Source: Amphiscolops sp. MND2022
Lineage: Eukaryota
Reading direction: 5' to 3'
Assembly: GCA_964187785.1 (NCBI GenBank)
Contig: OZ076414.1
Location: 60,698,001-60,762,000, forward strand
DNA: 64,000 nucleotides
The translations under genes were made by a program, and so were the position numbers. Below are positions 25,369 through 38,700 of the stretch, piece by piece. A model generated the notes under the pieces. The model was not told the origin of the DNA. It was given only the letters and a program-made list of their open reading frames with translations, and did no database searches. The first letter of the stretch is position 1. Every line of letters starts with the position of its first letter.

Positions 25369-26159
25369 AATGCAACAATTGATCAAAGATCTTCTACGGG
25401 GAAAATTCCTCATACCGATGAAGCTTCTGAAAATAATAGAAAAAAAACATTTTTGGGTAGTTGAATTGGCTATTCAATAGTTCGCTCTGGACAAAATATA
25501 GATTACAAAGAAACAGAAAACAATCTCGAACCCAAGGAGTGAATGATTTCCAATGGAATAATAAATAATATCTCCAAACCTCATGAATTTCTCAGTTAAT
25601 TCAATTAAACTTCAATTACTGTTTAACGAATTTTTCTAAAACATGATGCTTTGAAATCAAGCACTCGCTCATTATTGTACCCAAAACTGAGCAAACTTTA
25701 AGTTACGATCCAGAGCATTGTTCAATGAAGATGGAATAGTTATCAAAAAACTACAATGACAAAAACTAATTACGATTTGTGTCAAATTAAACGTTCGATG
25801 AGACACACACGACAAAAATAGCAAAACAGTTGAGTTTAATCTAGAGAAACAAATAGCTTCAAAACAGCTGACTGTATTGTCAGTAAAGGATTGTAAGGTC
25901 AAATGCTTTTTATAACTAGTTCACAGTAGCCCAAAAATCCATTTCCGTTTTCCACCTCGACAATTTTTGAAACAAATGGGTTTCATATTTCCCCCTAAGA
26001 TCAGCGGAAACCTTCAGCGGGTGGAAAACAAACTTTTGAACAATGCAAGAATTTTCCCTTTAATCCATGTGATATTAGGTAAACTACTAAAAAATTTGAA
26101 GATGACAATTTGAAAAAATGAAGATGACAATATAAAAGAAAATACAAAATATATTCAAC

Positions 26160-26283
26160 GAGATGTGATGCCCGCTAAGCACCGGGATAATTTCCGTCAC
26201 AAAAATTCCATGCTCCAGCCCGGTTTCGAACCCACGACCTCCTGCCTGTCAGGCGGACGCGCTACCAATTGGGCCACGGTGAC
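26160..26283 (-). mobile_element. Short tRNA-derived SINE; tail fragments also at ~22120, ~22620 and ~33660
   Basis: A box TGGCCCAATTGG and B box GGTTCGAAAC, but acceptor and T stems are broken. Tail aaaattatcccggtgcttagcgggc is shared with the other loci. Confidence 0.65.
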
Positions 26284-26445
26284 TAAATTAAAATATCCAT
26301 AAACTAAATAGAGAAATAAAGTGAGATTTGGCAGAATTTGTTTTCTTTTTTAAAAAAACGCTACACTAAAAAATTATGGGAGCGGAAAATAACAATGTGA
26401 CAATGCTCTGGCAAATAATGAATGATTCAAGTGAGATACTTTTGG

Positions 26446-26762
26446 TTATACCCTCTCGACTATACCAGCAGCTACAGTAGCACCATTGGATCGCAACATG
26501 AATCGACCCAAAGTCTTGGATACTTTGAACAAGTGCACGCAGATATTGCGCTGCAGGGCCAACACCACTATGGCAGACGAATTCTTGGGCACAAACTTTG
26601 GGTTCTTCTTTGTGATTGTTCCACTTTTGTCTAATAAACTCACTATTTTCTTGATGTACACTGGCTCCTCGATACAGATGTAGTGCATTTCGGCCGCAGA
26701 GCCTCGCATTAGGATTTCCTCCGTGTTGAACGTCACGATTCGGGCGTGAAAACAACTGGTGA
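26446..26762 (-). CDS. HBS1L: HBS1L exon 12 (domain III, stop)
   Basis: Acceptor catttttag|TC, phase 1. Encodes FHARIVTFN...KKNPKFV...[21 protein letters not shown]. Confidence 0.94.
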
Positions 26763-29700
26763 CTAAAAATGACAAACCATGAACAAAAAACTACACTAGA
26801 ATACCAAAAAAATCCATCATGCAATATCTCAAAAACCGCCTTTCCTAACAAAAAATGCATGGGACAAAGGGTGTACCTTCCTTCGATTCAGATCTATCAC
26901 TTTTGATAAAAAATAATTTCTTTTCTGACAACGCTCTCCTTCATAATTTGCACCGCAAAACGATCACAAAATACGAATTCCTCAATTTTTACCCAGTAAA
27001 ATTATGTTTCAACGAAATTACAATTGTTTTTGATTGTTCATTTTTGAGGAAGCACATTTGAGAAAAAGTGTTGCATATGAAAGTTAAAGAACGATGACAA
27101 GGCTACAAAAATAATCTAAGGTTTTTCTCCTGAAGAGTACTTTTCGAAATATTGCGTAATATAAGCTCGAAATTCCACGAATTACAACGTGATATAATTT
27201 TTTAATTTTGGTTCAATTTTTCATCAGACAAATTTTGTGTGTAATGTAAGAAGGATGGTTGTTCATGCCTGATATAGAGGTTGAGGAGGGTGAACAGATG
27301 AAGGTGCCGGGCACGACTGAAGAGGCCTCGACGTTGTTGAGCACCCCGTGGACATGGGCTCCAGCCACTGCGATCTGCGCGGAGCCAGCGGCACTGGAAC
27401 TCTTGCAGCTGCCGTCCAGAACCTACGGTGGGTGGAAGGGTATGCGGATATACACCGTTGATATACACTGACTTGATCACTCTTGAATTGATATTTAAAA
27501 ATAGGCCCCTCCGGGGCTCAGTACTATTTCTGCTTTAATCTTTAATTTTTTTTGAAACAAAAAATTCATTAATAAAAGAATCATATCTGGAATACCAATA
27601 CACTCTTGTTTAATCATTATTTAGCGCACAATTACATGTAATCACTGTACAAGTTTACACCGCCTTTAATTCTTCCCGACTAAAGAAAATATAACTACTA
27701 AGCGTAGACGAAGTTTCGCATTCGCATTTGAATGCAGGCGAAGCTCTCAACGAACGAATAATTAACACTCATTCGCTTCATCTCAATAACTCGGGGCAAC
27801 GAAAGCACAATTACGAACATTCGCTCGCTTCATCTCAATGACGTCAGCATACGAATGGATAATTACCACTCGCTCGTTCCATCGCACTAGAATTGAATTG
27901 TCTTCGGCAGCTCTCTCGCGTACACTCACTGCCGAACAAAATATCTGAATTATTCAGATCGTCCGAAAAATTGTACTGAAAAAAAATAAGTAGACATTTT
28001 CGGATTTCAATAATATTCCTGCTAAAGCAGAAATATTAAAAAATGATGCTGCTATTTTTTATGAATTATTATTCAAAGTGGCTTTAGCAAACTTCAATCT
28101 TGAATCACAAACTTCAAGTTCATGTTTCAGAAAACTTCGATGCAAAAAAGCTCTGGAACTGCTACTGATGAGCAAAAAGTTTTAAAAATACGGCACTAAC
28201 TATCAAGTTTTCAGTGATAAAAGCAAGTTTTTATAGCTAAAAAACATCAACAACCAATTTTCTACTTTGGGTTACCTTGATTTTTACATTGAGACAAGGA
28301 AACCCAATATCAAAGTTTTGACATTGCTAATATTTTCCGCTAATCGCCAAACCGCTAATATCAAAATCGCCAATTCGCTGAAAATTTTTGAAACTATTAA
28401 ATGTTTGATATAAAGTACAACGTATATTTCAATATTAAATGATAACTTTATTATTTTTCCGAGAAAAAAGTGGAATTTTTATACTGTGCGGGTTTTTCGA
28501 GGGTGAGAGTTGAATTTGACAAGTGAGAGTTGGAACTTTCAGAAATTTATTTCGAAATTCCGTGTATTTTCCGTGGAAATTTTGAATTGGGACCATTTAT
28601 TAGCTGCCGCTAATTTGAATCGCTGAAAAAATTCGGCTGGTAAGCGATGTGAAAACTATGTCCAATATGTACCTTGATCCCTTTCAACGTTGCGGATATG
28701 TTGGCGGGTAGTAGGAGCACTTTGTCGTTGTGTTTCACGAAGCCGGTCTTGACGATTCCGGAAATTGTGACGTTGTTCGAGGAAGTCTTGACGATATCGG
28801 TCACAGCCAGACACAGCTGTTGGTCCACCGCCCTCGTGGGGGCTGGCAGCAAGTCTATTGCCTCTAACAACGTCGGCCCATCGAACCAACTCAAACTGGC
28901 TCCTTTTTCCTGGAATTATAGATAGGAAATGATTAAAACAGGCCTCGTAGTAAATAATCAGAGCAACATTTTGAAAATTTACCATACAATATTGAACTCA
29001 AATTTCAGGTCAATGAAGTTTGCCAAAAGCTATTGAAACTCCGGGGTATCGTATTTCAGTTTTCCACGGAGGAAACTGAAATTATCTTCAAATCTTTGAA
29101 AAACGAAATCAAAATTTCGCCCCAGTTTCTGCAACAGTTTACATAAAACTTCGCTCAACTGAACTCTTTTTGTGATTTCTCTGAAAAATTACCAGTTTCT
29201 TGGACCTAAGGCTTAGGTCCAAGAAAGTGGTAATTTTTCAGAGAAATCACAAAAAGAGTTCAGTTGACTTTCAATTATTTCATGTGACTTACCTTTATGT
29301 TGGTACCATGAAACCCACTGCAGGGCAAGAACTGGACATCGGTTTCTTTGAAGCCGGCCTTTTTGACCAAGAAGGGCAGCAGAATGTTCTTTATCTGCTG
29401 CATTCGCTCCTGGGGGTTGGAACAGGTGTCGATCTTGTTGACAACCACCACCAAGTTTGTGATGCCCAGAGACCGGGCCAAAACTGAGTGCTCCGATGTC
29501 TGGCCCAACGAAATGTCTTTTGCGTTGAAACCTGTCAGCCAAGACAAAGAAATTAACTTTAGAAAAACAATAAATTCCACTTGTTAAAAAATAGGCCCCT
29601 CCGGGGCACACTATTATTTCTGCTGTACCAGTTTATACCACCTTTGAATCTTGGACTAAAGCAAATAAAACTACTAAGCGTAGACGAAGTTTCGCATTCG

Positions 29701-32700
29701 CAATAACACTCATTCGCCGAATGAGTGTTCATGCGAATGCGAAACTTCGTCTACGCTTCAGTTATTTTGTTCGGCAGTTCATCTCAATAACTCGGGGCAA
29801 CGAAAGCACAATTACGAACATTCGCTCGCTTCATCTCAATGACGTCAGCGTACGAATGCATAATTACCACTCGCTCGTTCCATCGCACGAGAATTAAATT
29901 GTCGTCGGCAGCTTGAGAAAGTTAATTCCCACGCTTACAGTCACTGCCGAACAAAATATATGAATTATTCAGTATCACGACAAGAATTGTACTGAACAAA
30001 AAAAGTAGAATTCTTGAGATTGCAATAATATTCCTGCTATCGCAGAAATAATAAATAAACCGGAAATTTTATTTACAAGAGGTACTGTACCTAAACGCTA
30101 CAAAATGATACAAAAAGTTAAAACAAGATGGACTCACGTATTGATAGTTGTTAACATTGGACTGAGGAGGAAAAGTTTTCGTTAGACTTCCAAATTTATG
30201 AAAAAAAATTGACGCTGAGATGCGTATATATAGCATTTCCCATAAAAACTGTTTAACTTTGAATCGAAAAATGTCAGAAACTTGAATTCAGCTGGCCTCA
30301 GTGTCAGCTATGTCATATCAAACCTCGCAGTATTCGAAAGCCAATCAAGTGAAATATAAAAAAAAACTTGAAGTTTTTCATTTTTTTAAGACGAAAGAAT
30401 TTTTCATCATTTCTAGACAAATTCAATCAGTGACTGCAACCTATATGCATTAAAAAATCTCGCCAAATTTAATTTTTTGACAAAGTCCAAAATGTCCAAT
30501 GAAAAACCGGAGAAAAAACAGAAACACGTAATATCGTGGGAGGTTTTAAAAATCCAAAGATATCCCAAGTCCCAAAAGTAATTAAAAGCAGGTTATTAAT
30601 CTCTTGTATTTGAGAAGCTCCGAACCCGATTCGAAAGCATTGACGGATGCGTCGACCACGAGGAAGGCTGCATCGGCTTCGGCGGCACCCGTGATCATGG
30701 CAGGAACAAAGTCTTTGTGGCCAGGTGCGTCTACAATTGCAACGTTGTACTTGGAGGTTTCGAAATACCTTAAACATTACAAGTAACATTACTGTGTTCA
30801 GAAATGAGACGCAGAAAACAAGTCGGGAACGGCATAAGTCGGCGCCATATCTAAGACTCAAAAATAGCAAAAGGACATGAAAGTGTCATAAAACTCAAAG
30901 TATCAAACTCACAAAAAGAGTATCAAAACCCAAAAAACCGAACTGGCGCGCCAGGTGCCCGCAAGCGCGGGCCCCTGGTGCGCTAAAAGGGGGGACACTT
31001 TCTGATTTTTTAACACCCAGTGTTGCAAAATATCAAAAATTGAAGGGGAGACCCTTTGGGTAACATTTTTTTTTCAAAAAAGTCTCAATGCCGAAAAAAC
31101 TAAAAGGGGAACCCTTCGGGATTTTTCAACATCCATTCTGTCGCTGAACATCAAAAAAATGAAGGGGGACCCTTTGAGGAACAAAATTCGAAAGTCTCAA
31201 TTCGAGACCCTTTAGTCTCGGTACTGTGTGTTACGCAGAAAAACAGGAAAAAATCTTTTTGGTTCAGTTCGCTAGGCGAAATGGTTCATTTGACACCATA
31301 ATATTTTGTAGAAGTTTTGAACAATTTTCGTCATTTGGTGGGGATTCAAAAAAAAGTCACTATAATAGTCGCGTTTCACTTCATGAAGCGCCGACTAAAA
31401 AATGTCGACTAACATTCCTTTACACTAGAAAAGTAGTTTCTGTCATCAATGAATCTCAAAAGCGAACGTTTCAACTTCGCGTTATATTCCTTGATTACAA
31501 GGTTTCTATCTAACATGGTTTCGCAATTTCTCGAAAGTCATTATCAGTCTCTCTGGAGATTATAGGACTGACAAAACAAAAAATTCTCATTCAATTTCAG
31601 CTGGGACGTTGAGAAAAATATCAGAATCCAATAACTTCACCACCGCCTAAGACCCTCCCCCCCTTAGTGCAAGTCCTTAGTACAGAGCTTATTGGTATGG
31701 TCAATGACAAAAAATAAAGCATTTGACGAAGAAAAGCGAAATGAAAAGAGCAACGTTGAGCAGTCAGACCTTTGTGACCTTGAGCAAGTCACTTTGAAAC
31801 CACAGCTTCAAATCCATCATTACTTGACCATTTGGCTGCAAATATGGTACCATAGCTTGCTAAGGGAAGATGGTATTCGAAAGGGCGCCGACTTAGAAAA
31901 GCAGCATCCGTCGAACATTCAAATCGTCGAAAAATGAAAAGCTATTCAATGCGTCGAAAGAATCCCATATCAGCGATTATTTTCATTTGGTTAAATTTTG
32001 TGGCGATTACTTTTCTCAGAAATATAGCAGCCACGTTGTTTGGCCGAAGACGCTTTTCCAATTGGCTTGTAATAATGTTGCTTTATTCACTGTTTGCCAT
32101 GAAACTATTTTTAAAAAGACAGCAGAAATTATTGCAATAAGTGCAATATTTTTTCAATTTTCAGAAATAAAAATAATTTATTTCGTGAAACAAAAATGAA
32201 AACTTTTTTAACGCAATATTATTGCAATTTTTCATTGCGCATCCCTGAGGAGGCATAGTGAAAGGACACAAAAAGGGGGATATGGTGTAACGGGTCAAAG
32301 GGGGGCATATTGAAAGAGATGCACACTACCTACCTCTCGCTGATCTCCATGGTGACCCCCCGACTTCTCTCGGATGCATTTTCGTCCATGACCCAAGCGA
32401 GCGCGAACGAAGACTTGCCCTCCTTCTTGGACTCCTGCTCAAACTTGTTCATCTCCTTCTTCGTCACGTGACCTAAACATCAAGTGTTGTTTAGACAAAT
32501 TATCGCATAAACAAAATTATTTAATTAATTATAAATCAATAGTTAAGTATTTAAAACCCCGTAATTTCCAAGTTTGAGAGCGTGTATTACTATTATTATT
32601 ATGGATTTTCAGATGGTTGATGATGATTATACATGTATATAAAAAACAAAACAACTCACACTATAAAACCCAATTTTCGACCAATCTGAAAAGATTGCTT

Positions 32701-35700
32701 GTAAACACAAAATTGCCAAGAAGGCGGCTTAAGTCATTGTATTATCAGGAACCAAAACCAACTATTTCGAAGTTTTCCCATTTTTTTGCCCGGAGTTTGT
32801 TTCAGCACAGGGTTCAATGTAATTTTGATCAACCAGTATTAACTGCATTTGATGTACAGGCTGCAGAGAAAAGCACACGACACGTGTTACTTTCCAAGAC
32901 ATTCCGTAGATACCAGTAAGCTTTTCTCCTTAAATGTGGTAGAAATATGATGAACTAACAACCAGAGTTTTGACAGCGCTAATCAGCGATCTAGCGAATT
33001 AGCGGCCGCGCAGGATTTTTTCAGCGATTCAGATTAGCGGTAACAGATAGAATGTCCAAATTCAAAATTTTCTTTAAATCTTACATGGGGTTTCCGGATG
33101 AATGTCAACACAGAGGCGAAGCGGTGCTTCGCAACACATGACGAAGACATCGATTATTTTAAAGATAGCAGTTGGCTAGACGAATGCCGAAAAATCGTAT
33201 ATATTCAATCGCATGCGTATATATTCAACAGTTCAACTTTGTTCAATAACGTCCCTATGGCACAGTGGTCAACACTTATGCCGTGCAATCGGGAGGCTGC
33301 AGGTTCGAATCTCTCTGGGGTTTTGGCTTTTTTTAAAAGGCGTTCATTATGAAGTTGACTATAGTGGAAAAAAAACTTACTTAGCTGGACTGCTATGCAC
33401 ATTGACTTCGTCATGTGCAAAAACATCCAACTCCTACCGTCGTAAAACCCACACAGTACAAAAAATTCCAGTCTGTTTTTCTTGCAAAACTAAATAAGGT
33501 TATCATTCAATTTTGGAAGATAGCTAGACAAACATTTAATAATAAGAAATTTTTTTCACCGAAATAGCGAATTTGAAATAAGCGGTTTAGCGGAAAAAAT
33601 TAGCGATGTCAAAACCCTGTTAACAACCCACATACACAAAATGACATTTCAAAACTATACAAGACGCCCGCTAAGTACCGGGATATTTTCCGCCCTTTTC
33701 GCCTTCACCAACTAAGTTACAGCTACTTTGGGAGGGGAAATAGGATCTAAAGAATAAGATCTAAAATTTTAAATCTTATTCGCTTTAGATCTTATTCCCT
33801 TTTTTGACTTTAGGTCTTATTCCCCAATCTACGATATTTAGTTACTTGACTATTTTAGCTGAGATTTGGTAGAATTTGGAAAAAAACGCATCACAGATCA
33901 TGATTTTCCTCCCCCAAATATATTTGTGGGGTCGGAAAACAATAAGGAGGAAAGTAAGTTTCATCGCAGTCGTGAAAACACTGATGGAAACACTGATATT
34001 GGATTTTCAAAAACTAGAAACTTAGTCATGATATAAAAGAAATTGAGAGGCGAGAGTGTTAGAAAAAATCGCGGCCTTTCATTTAAAAAAGCCGAAGATA
34101 GTGGGTTTTAAGATTTAAAACAGGCTTACACTTTGAATAAATACGAGCCCAATGAAATCAAGACCAAAGCACTGCATTTGAAAAAGTTGTATTTGGCTAT
34201 AGAAATGATAGAGAAACTTTCGTAAAATAAGGATAACGATCGACAAGATTAAAATGAAAGCTTCAAAACGAGATTTCTATTATACTACAAGCTGGAAAAG
34301 TAAAGGAACTCAATCAATTTCAACTGCGCGCAATAAAACCAAAGCATTAAAATTTCCAAGCATTATCGCTTCAGGAAAACAAACATTTCGCACACTAACA
34401 GAAACTATGTTTGAAACGCTTAATAAAAACTTTTCTTCACTGGATTTTTTCGACTTTTAATGGATAATTCGATAAACCCTGTAGTATTTCTCATATTAAA
34501 TATATGCCGCAACAACGTTAAATTTTGGAAACATTTTTGGAAACTTGAAAAATTTATTGGAAACATTTTTCATTTCTCGACAATGAGAAAGACGTACCGG
34601 ACTCTTGAAGTCAATATTGGTGTCGAAGAAGTTCAAAAGCTTTCATTTTTATTTCTATATACCATGTAGATTCTGGATTAAAATATAGATTAAAATAGAT
34701 TCTGGATCGAAAAAAAACGTGGGTTTTCACAAAAAGTTAAATTATAAAAAGATCTTCCCATCTCTGAAGTCGAGTGTTATTGATTATCTGATAGCACTGA
34801 CCTATTTTGTAGAGTAGTTGGCCAATCAGGGTGCTTTTACCGGCATCGACATGGCCGATCACGACGATACTGATCACCGGTTTCTCGTTCGATTGTTCTT
34901 TCAGCAGTGCTTTCGTTTTCTCATCCAGCACAAACGGTTCGTCTAACGATGGCGTGGGTACCTAAAAGTATTACGTAATAGCAGCAAGGTACATTACATT
35001 TGAAGTTTTCATCGGCAGAACTTTTCAACAACAAAACAACTTTCAACATTTAAATATGGGAAACTATTTATCTTTTCAAACAAGCACAACAAACCTGGAT
35101 CTTATGAACCCCAAATATACCTTATCAGCACAACCCCGCCCTCAAATTGTACTCCCTGCAGAACAGGCACCCTATAAAATTGAGCCGACAGTTGGCCAAT
35201 TGTCCAAGACGTTACTGGCAAGTATTTCATGTCATGTCTAATTATGCTCCTTCAAATAATCATTTTCTAACTACAGTTGAATCCGCCCAATTCATATCGC
35301 AGGGGACCGAATAAAATGATACGAATAATGAAATACAAATGATATTCCTTTGGTATTCGCAAAATGGGGGTCTCGCATACAAACGAATTAAACGAAGATC
35401 CGAATTAACCGGAGTTGACTGCATACGTACAGTAGAGTTTGCTTAATAGCAAGTCGCAGGGGGTCCTCGTAAATCTTGCTAATAAAAAAACTTTCTAATA
35501 TGCAAACATGAATTAAATTCCCTTAAATATTGGAAAAATAAGCATTTAATGTAGTTTGATGCATATTCTCTTGTCGCTGAATAGAAATAAAGTCTTCAAT
35601 GTTCATCAGATTGTTCATGTGATGCCATCTACCTTCTTGGTTGGCAAGAAAGCGCCGTATTAACCCAACTGCATTCAATGCATCTTGAGCGCGCACGGGG

Positions 35701-38700
35701 CATTCTTCATTTTCCTCTGTTTCTTCATCGCTGTCAATGGTCAAAACAGTATCTCCAGCTGGAGTTTGAAGTTGGGGCATCTTTTCGTCTTTTCCAAACA
35801 TTTTCCTGCAAAGCCAATATTGCGGTTTCTTTTTTGCTTTGGGTTTTTCTCACCCGTTTCAAATTTTTTTGAAATGGATTGACGCTCTTTTTTAATTCTA
35901 GAAACGGTTGACTCATTGATCCCATATTTTTTGGCCACATCGGCCTGCTTCGCGCCCCCGTTCAGCTCTTTAACAATATCATATTTCTTACACAATGAAA
36001 GTTCCGTGCGTGGACGTTTGGTAGACATATTAACCAATCTGAAGATATCAACAGATTCAATTATTGAATAAAATAACAAGACTCCTTTGCATGTGCATGT
36101 AAACGCATTGTGCCTATTTCTCAGAAATGTCACAGAATTTCACCTTCCATCTCGCTATTAAGCGAATATTTCTGAGAAAAGTGACTCCCGGGACATGAAA
36201 AATCCTTGCTAATAAAAAATCTTGCTATTAAGAAAATTGCTAATAGGCAAACAATCTCACACCGTATACCGCTCGGGAGGATTTTTTACTTGCTAATATA
36301 TGAATCTTGCTATTAGAGCAATTGCTAATAAGCGAACTCCACTGTATTACGGTATTTCAGTCCAAAACTAGGTGTGAATTGAGTATTATCAGGTATTATT
36401 GGATCTTGTTTACGCCGTGTTCGGTCTTTGTTCAAATTACTTGTCTCGGTTGACACCTCTGATAGTAATTGTAACATCATGAAGCATATGCTCCCGAAGT
36501 TGCATCTCCTGAAGAACTGGCCGCATACTTGGGGGGGGGGGGGTTGCGGTCCAAGGAAACTTGATCAGCACCGTGATCACGTGATGTATTCCACGGTGTA
36601 TGAATCAAGAAAATATTTCAAAATTTATTTTTTTCGTGATGTGATCGGACACAATGGCCAGACAAATCAATCCGAGTTTTGTATGACCGAATTTGAATCA
36701 ACCGAGGAGGAAATTCCCGGAAAAGGAAAAGTATGATTTGTGAAATGATCTTTCACAAGAAAGTACTTCCAGGTTCAATTTTGCGAGCCTAATGCTAAAT
36801 TTGAAGTAATTCAATCTGATCGTTGAAAACTAGACTTTCAAGGAGCGAAATAATTGATGACGCGTTATTTTCCGTTACAAGCGTTATAGAAACGTTCCGT
36901 TACAGTAGTTTCAACAATCTATTAGATACAATTCGCATTCTTGCTCAGATGTTGAAAGGCCCAAACATCCTTCGTGATGTCAAGAAAATTCAATAATAGG
37001 GTTTAATTGTATCATTGTATCCAAATCTTTTGAGAGATCATAAGACGAGCTTTGGAATCAACTTTTGTGAAATTTGTTAGAAACAAGTTCAACACAATGT
37101 ATAACCAATAATAATTTGCGGGTGAGTCACTATTTCGAATATAATACTGCTCATTTTTTGTGGAATAGAGTGTTCGGAAGAGATTTTACAATGAGCTCTC
37201 CAGGTTTAATGAGAAATGACCTTTCTCATACCAAGTTGATTATCGCTTTTCCAGGTTTATCCTTCAAGTTAATTGTAACATTAACTTCTGGTGCGTCAGA
37301 AATATAAAATAGATAAAAATACATAAAATCACATGCCTGTGATTTCGGAGTTGGTGTGGAAATTGCAGTTTGGGAAGATGTCTGTAAACAATTGGAGGAG
37401 TTGGCTGAAACTGCGAGGCCGCCGGGGACTTTGTGCTGAGATTCTGCACTTTCTCCGTTCTGGACAGAAAGGCGGGAAAACTGACTTTCGTAGAGCACCG
37501 GACCAGACCCTGAAAAAGACAAGACACATCAAGTGCCAATATTCTGGTTTAACAAAAACTCGATTAACAATCGCCAAGATGAATCAATCCCGTTGCACCG
37601 AAATTTAAATAGAACTGGGGATCTTTTCTGTTAATTCACCGATTTAATCCCCCCAGTTAGGCGGTTAACAGAAATTATCATTGAATTAAAACAGCCCATC
37701 ATCAAATTGCAGCATTTTATAACTCTAGCTGCAGCCGAAACTCATTGCTCATATTGGGGAATTGAAAACTTCACGCTTAGCGTTGATAAAAAATACAACT
37801 TGATAATTTAATATTAAACTTAAGAACAGGTTTCACTGTTTGACTCCAACATTGAGGCAAAAAGTTGAATGCATTCAATCAAATAAAGGTTGATAAAACG
37901 ATAACTATTTTATCCAGGGTTGATTCTTAATCGAAAGAAACTATCGATCAAGGCATCGTTACTGAGTTTGCGAAAGCTCTCGACTTAGGTTTTTCTTAAG
38001 TTTCTGAAAAATAGGAATTATGAAAAATGTTCTTTCTTTAAATCGTTAACATGACTCATTTTCCATTTGATTGTTTTGAGGCTTCCATTAAATGGGCTTC
38101 TGCATCTGAAAGTCTCTTCTGCTGAATTTGTTTATTGTAGGTTTTTCGTTGTTTTGTTTGCAACATTCAACAGATAAATTTAATTACACCAATTTTGATT
38201 TAAATGAAGAGCATTCCAATTTAGTTGAATTCCGAAGCGGCGTTTACAGCCAATTAAAAACGACTTGAAACAAAAGCAATTCAATTCCAAAAAAGGTGAA
38301 GCATATTGTATTTCAAATAACAAACTTTCGGAAGCCAATCAAAAGTTCACCCAACTCAATCTCAAAATGAATAGAGAATCGCTTTCAATGAATATTGCAG
38401 AATGAGAACAAACGTAACTGCTGTCGATCACAAAAGAATTGTTCGTCACGGATGAAGTTTTCTTTCTCACTGCTTACTAAACGAGTATATGAAGCGACAC
38501 TATGGTTATTATACGACTCAATTTTATTGGTCAATTCACTTGATGCGTAAACATGCTTCATTTAAAGTAAAATTGGTGTATTACTTACTATTTGGTTTGC
38601 GCCTTTCAGCTTATCCTGAAAGTATGGGAACCGTGCGAAGCGAAACTATGTTGATCTGCAACGGTAATGATGGCCCAGTGTTCAGAGGGACAATTTTGAC

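Noticed and set aside
26212-26283. tRNA-Val(GAC)-like gene on the minus strand
   Set aside because: A and B boxes are present, but the acceptor stem, T stem and part of the anticodon stem do not pair. It continues into a repeated tail, so it is a SINE head.
36428-36736. 102-aa ORF with a 13-G run
   Set aside because: No recognisable domain, antisense within an HBS1L intron, and homopolymer-dependent frame.
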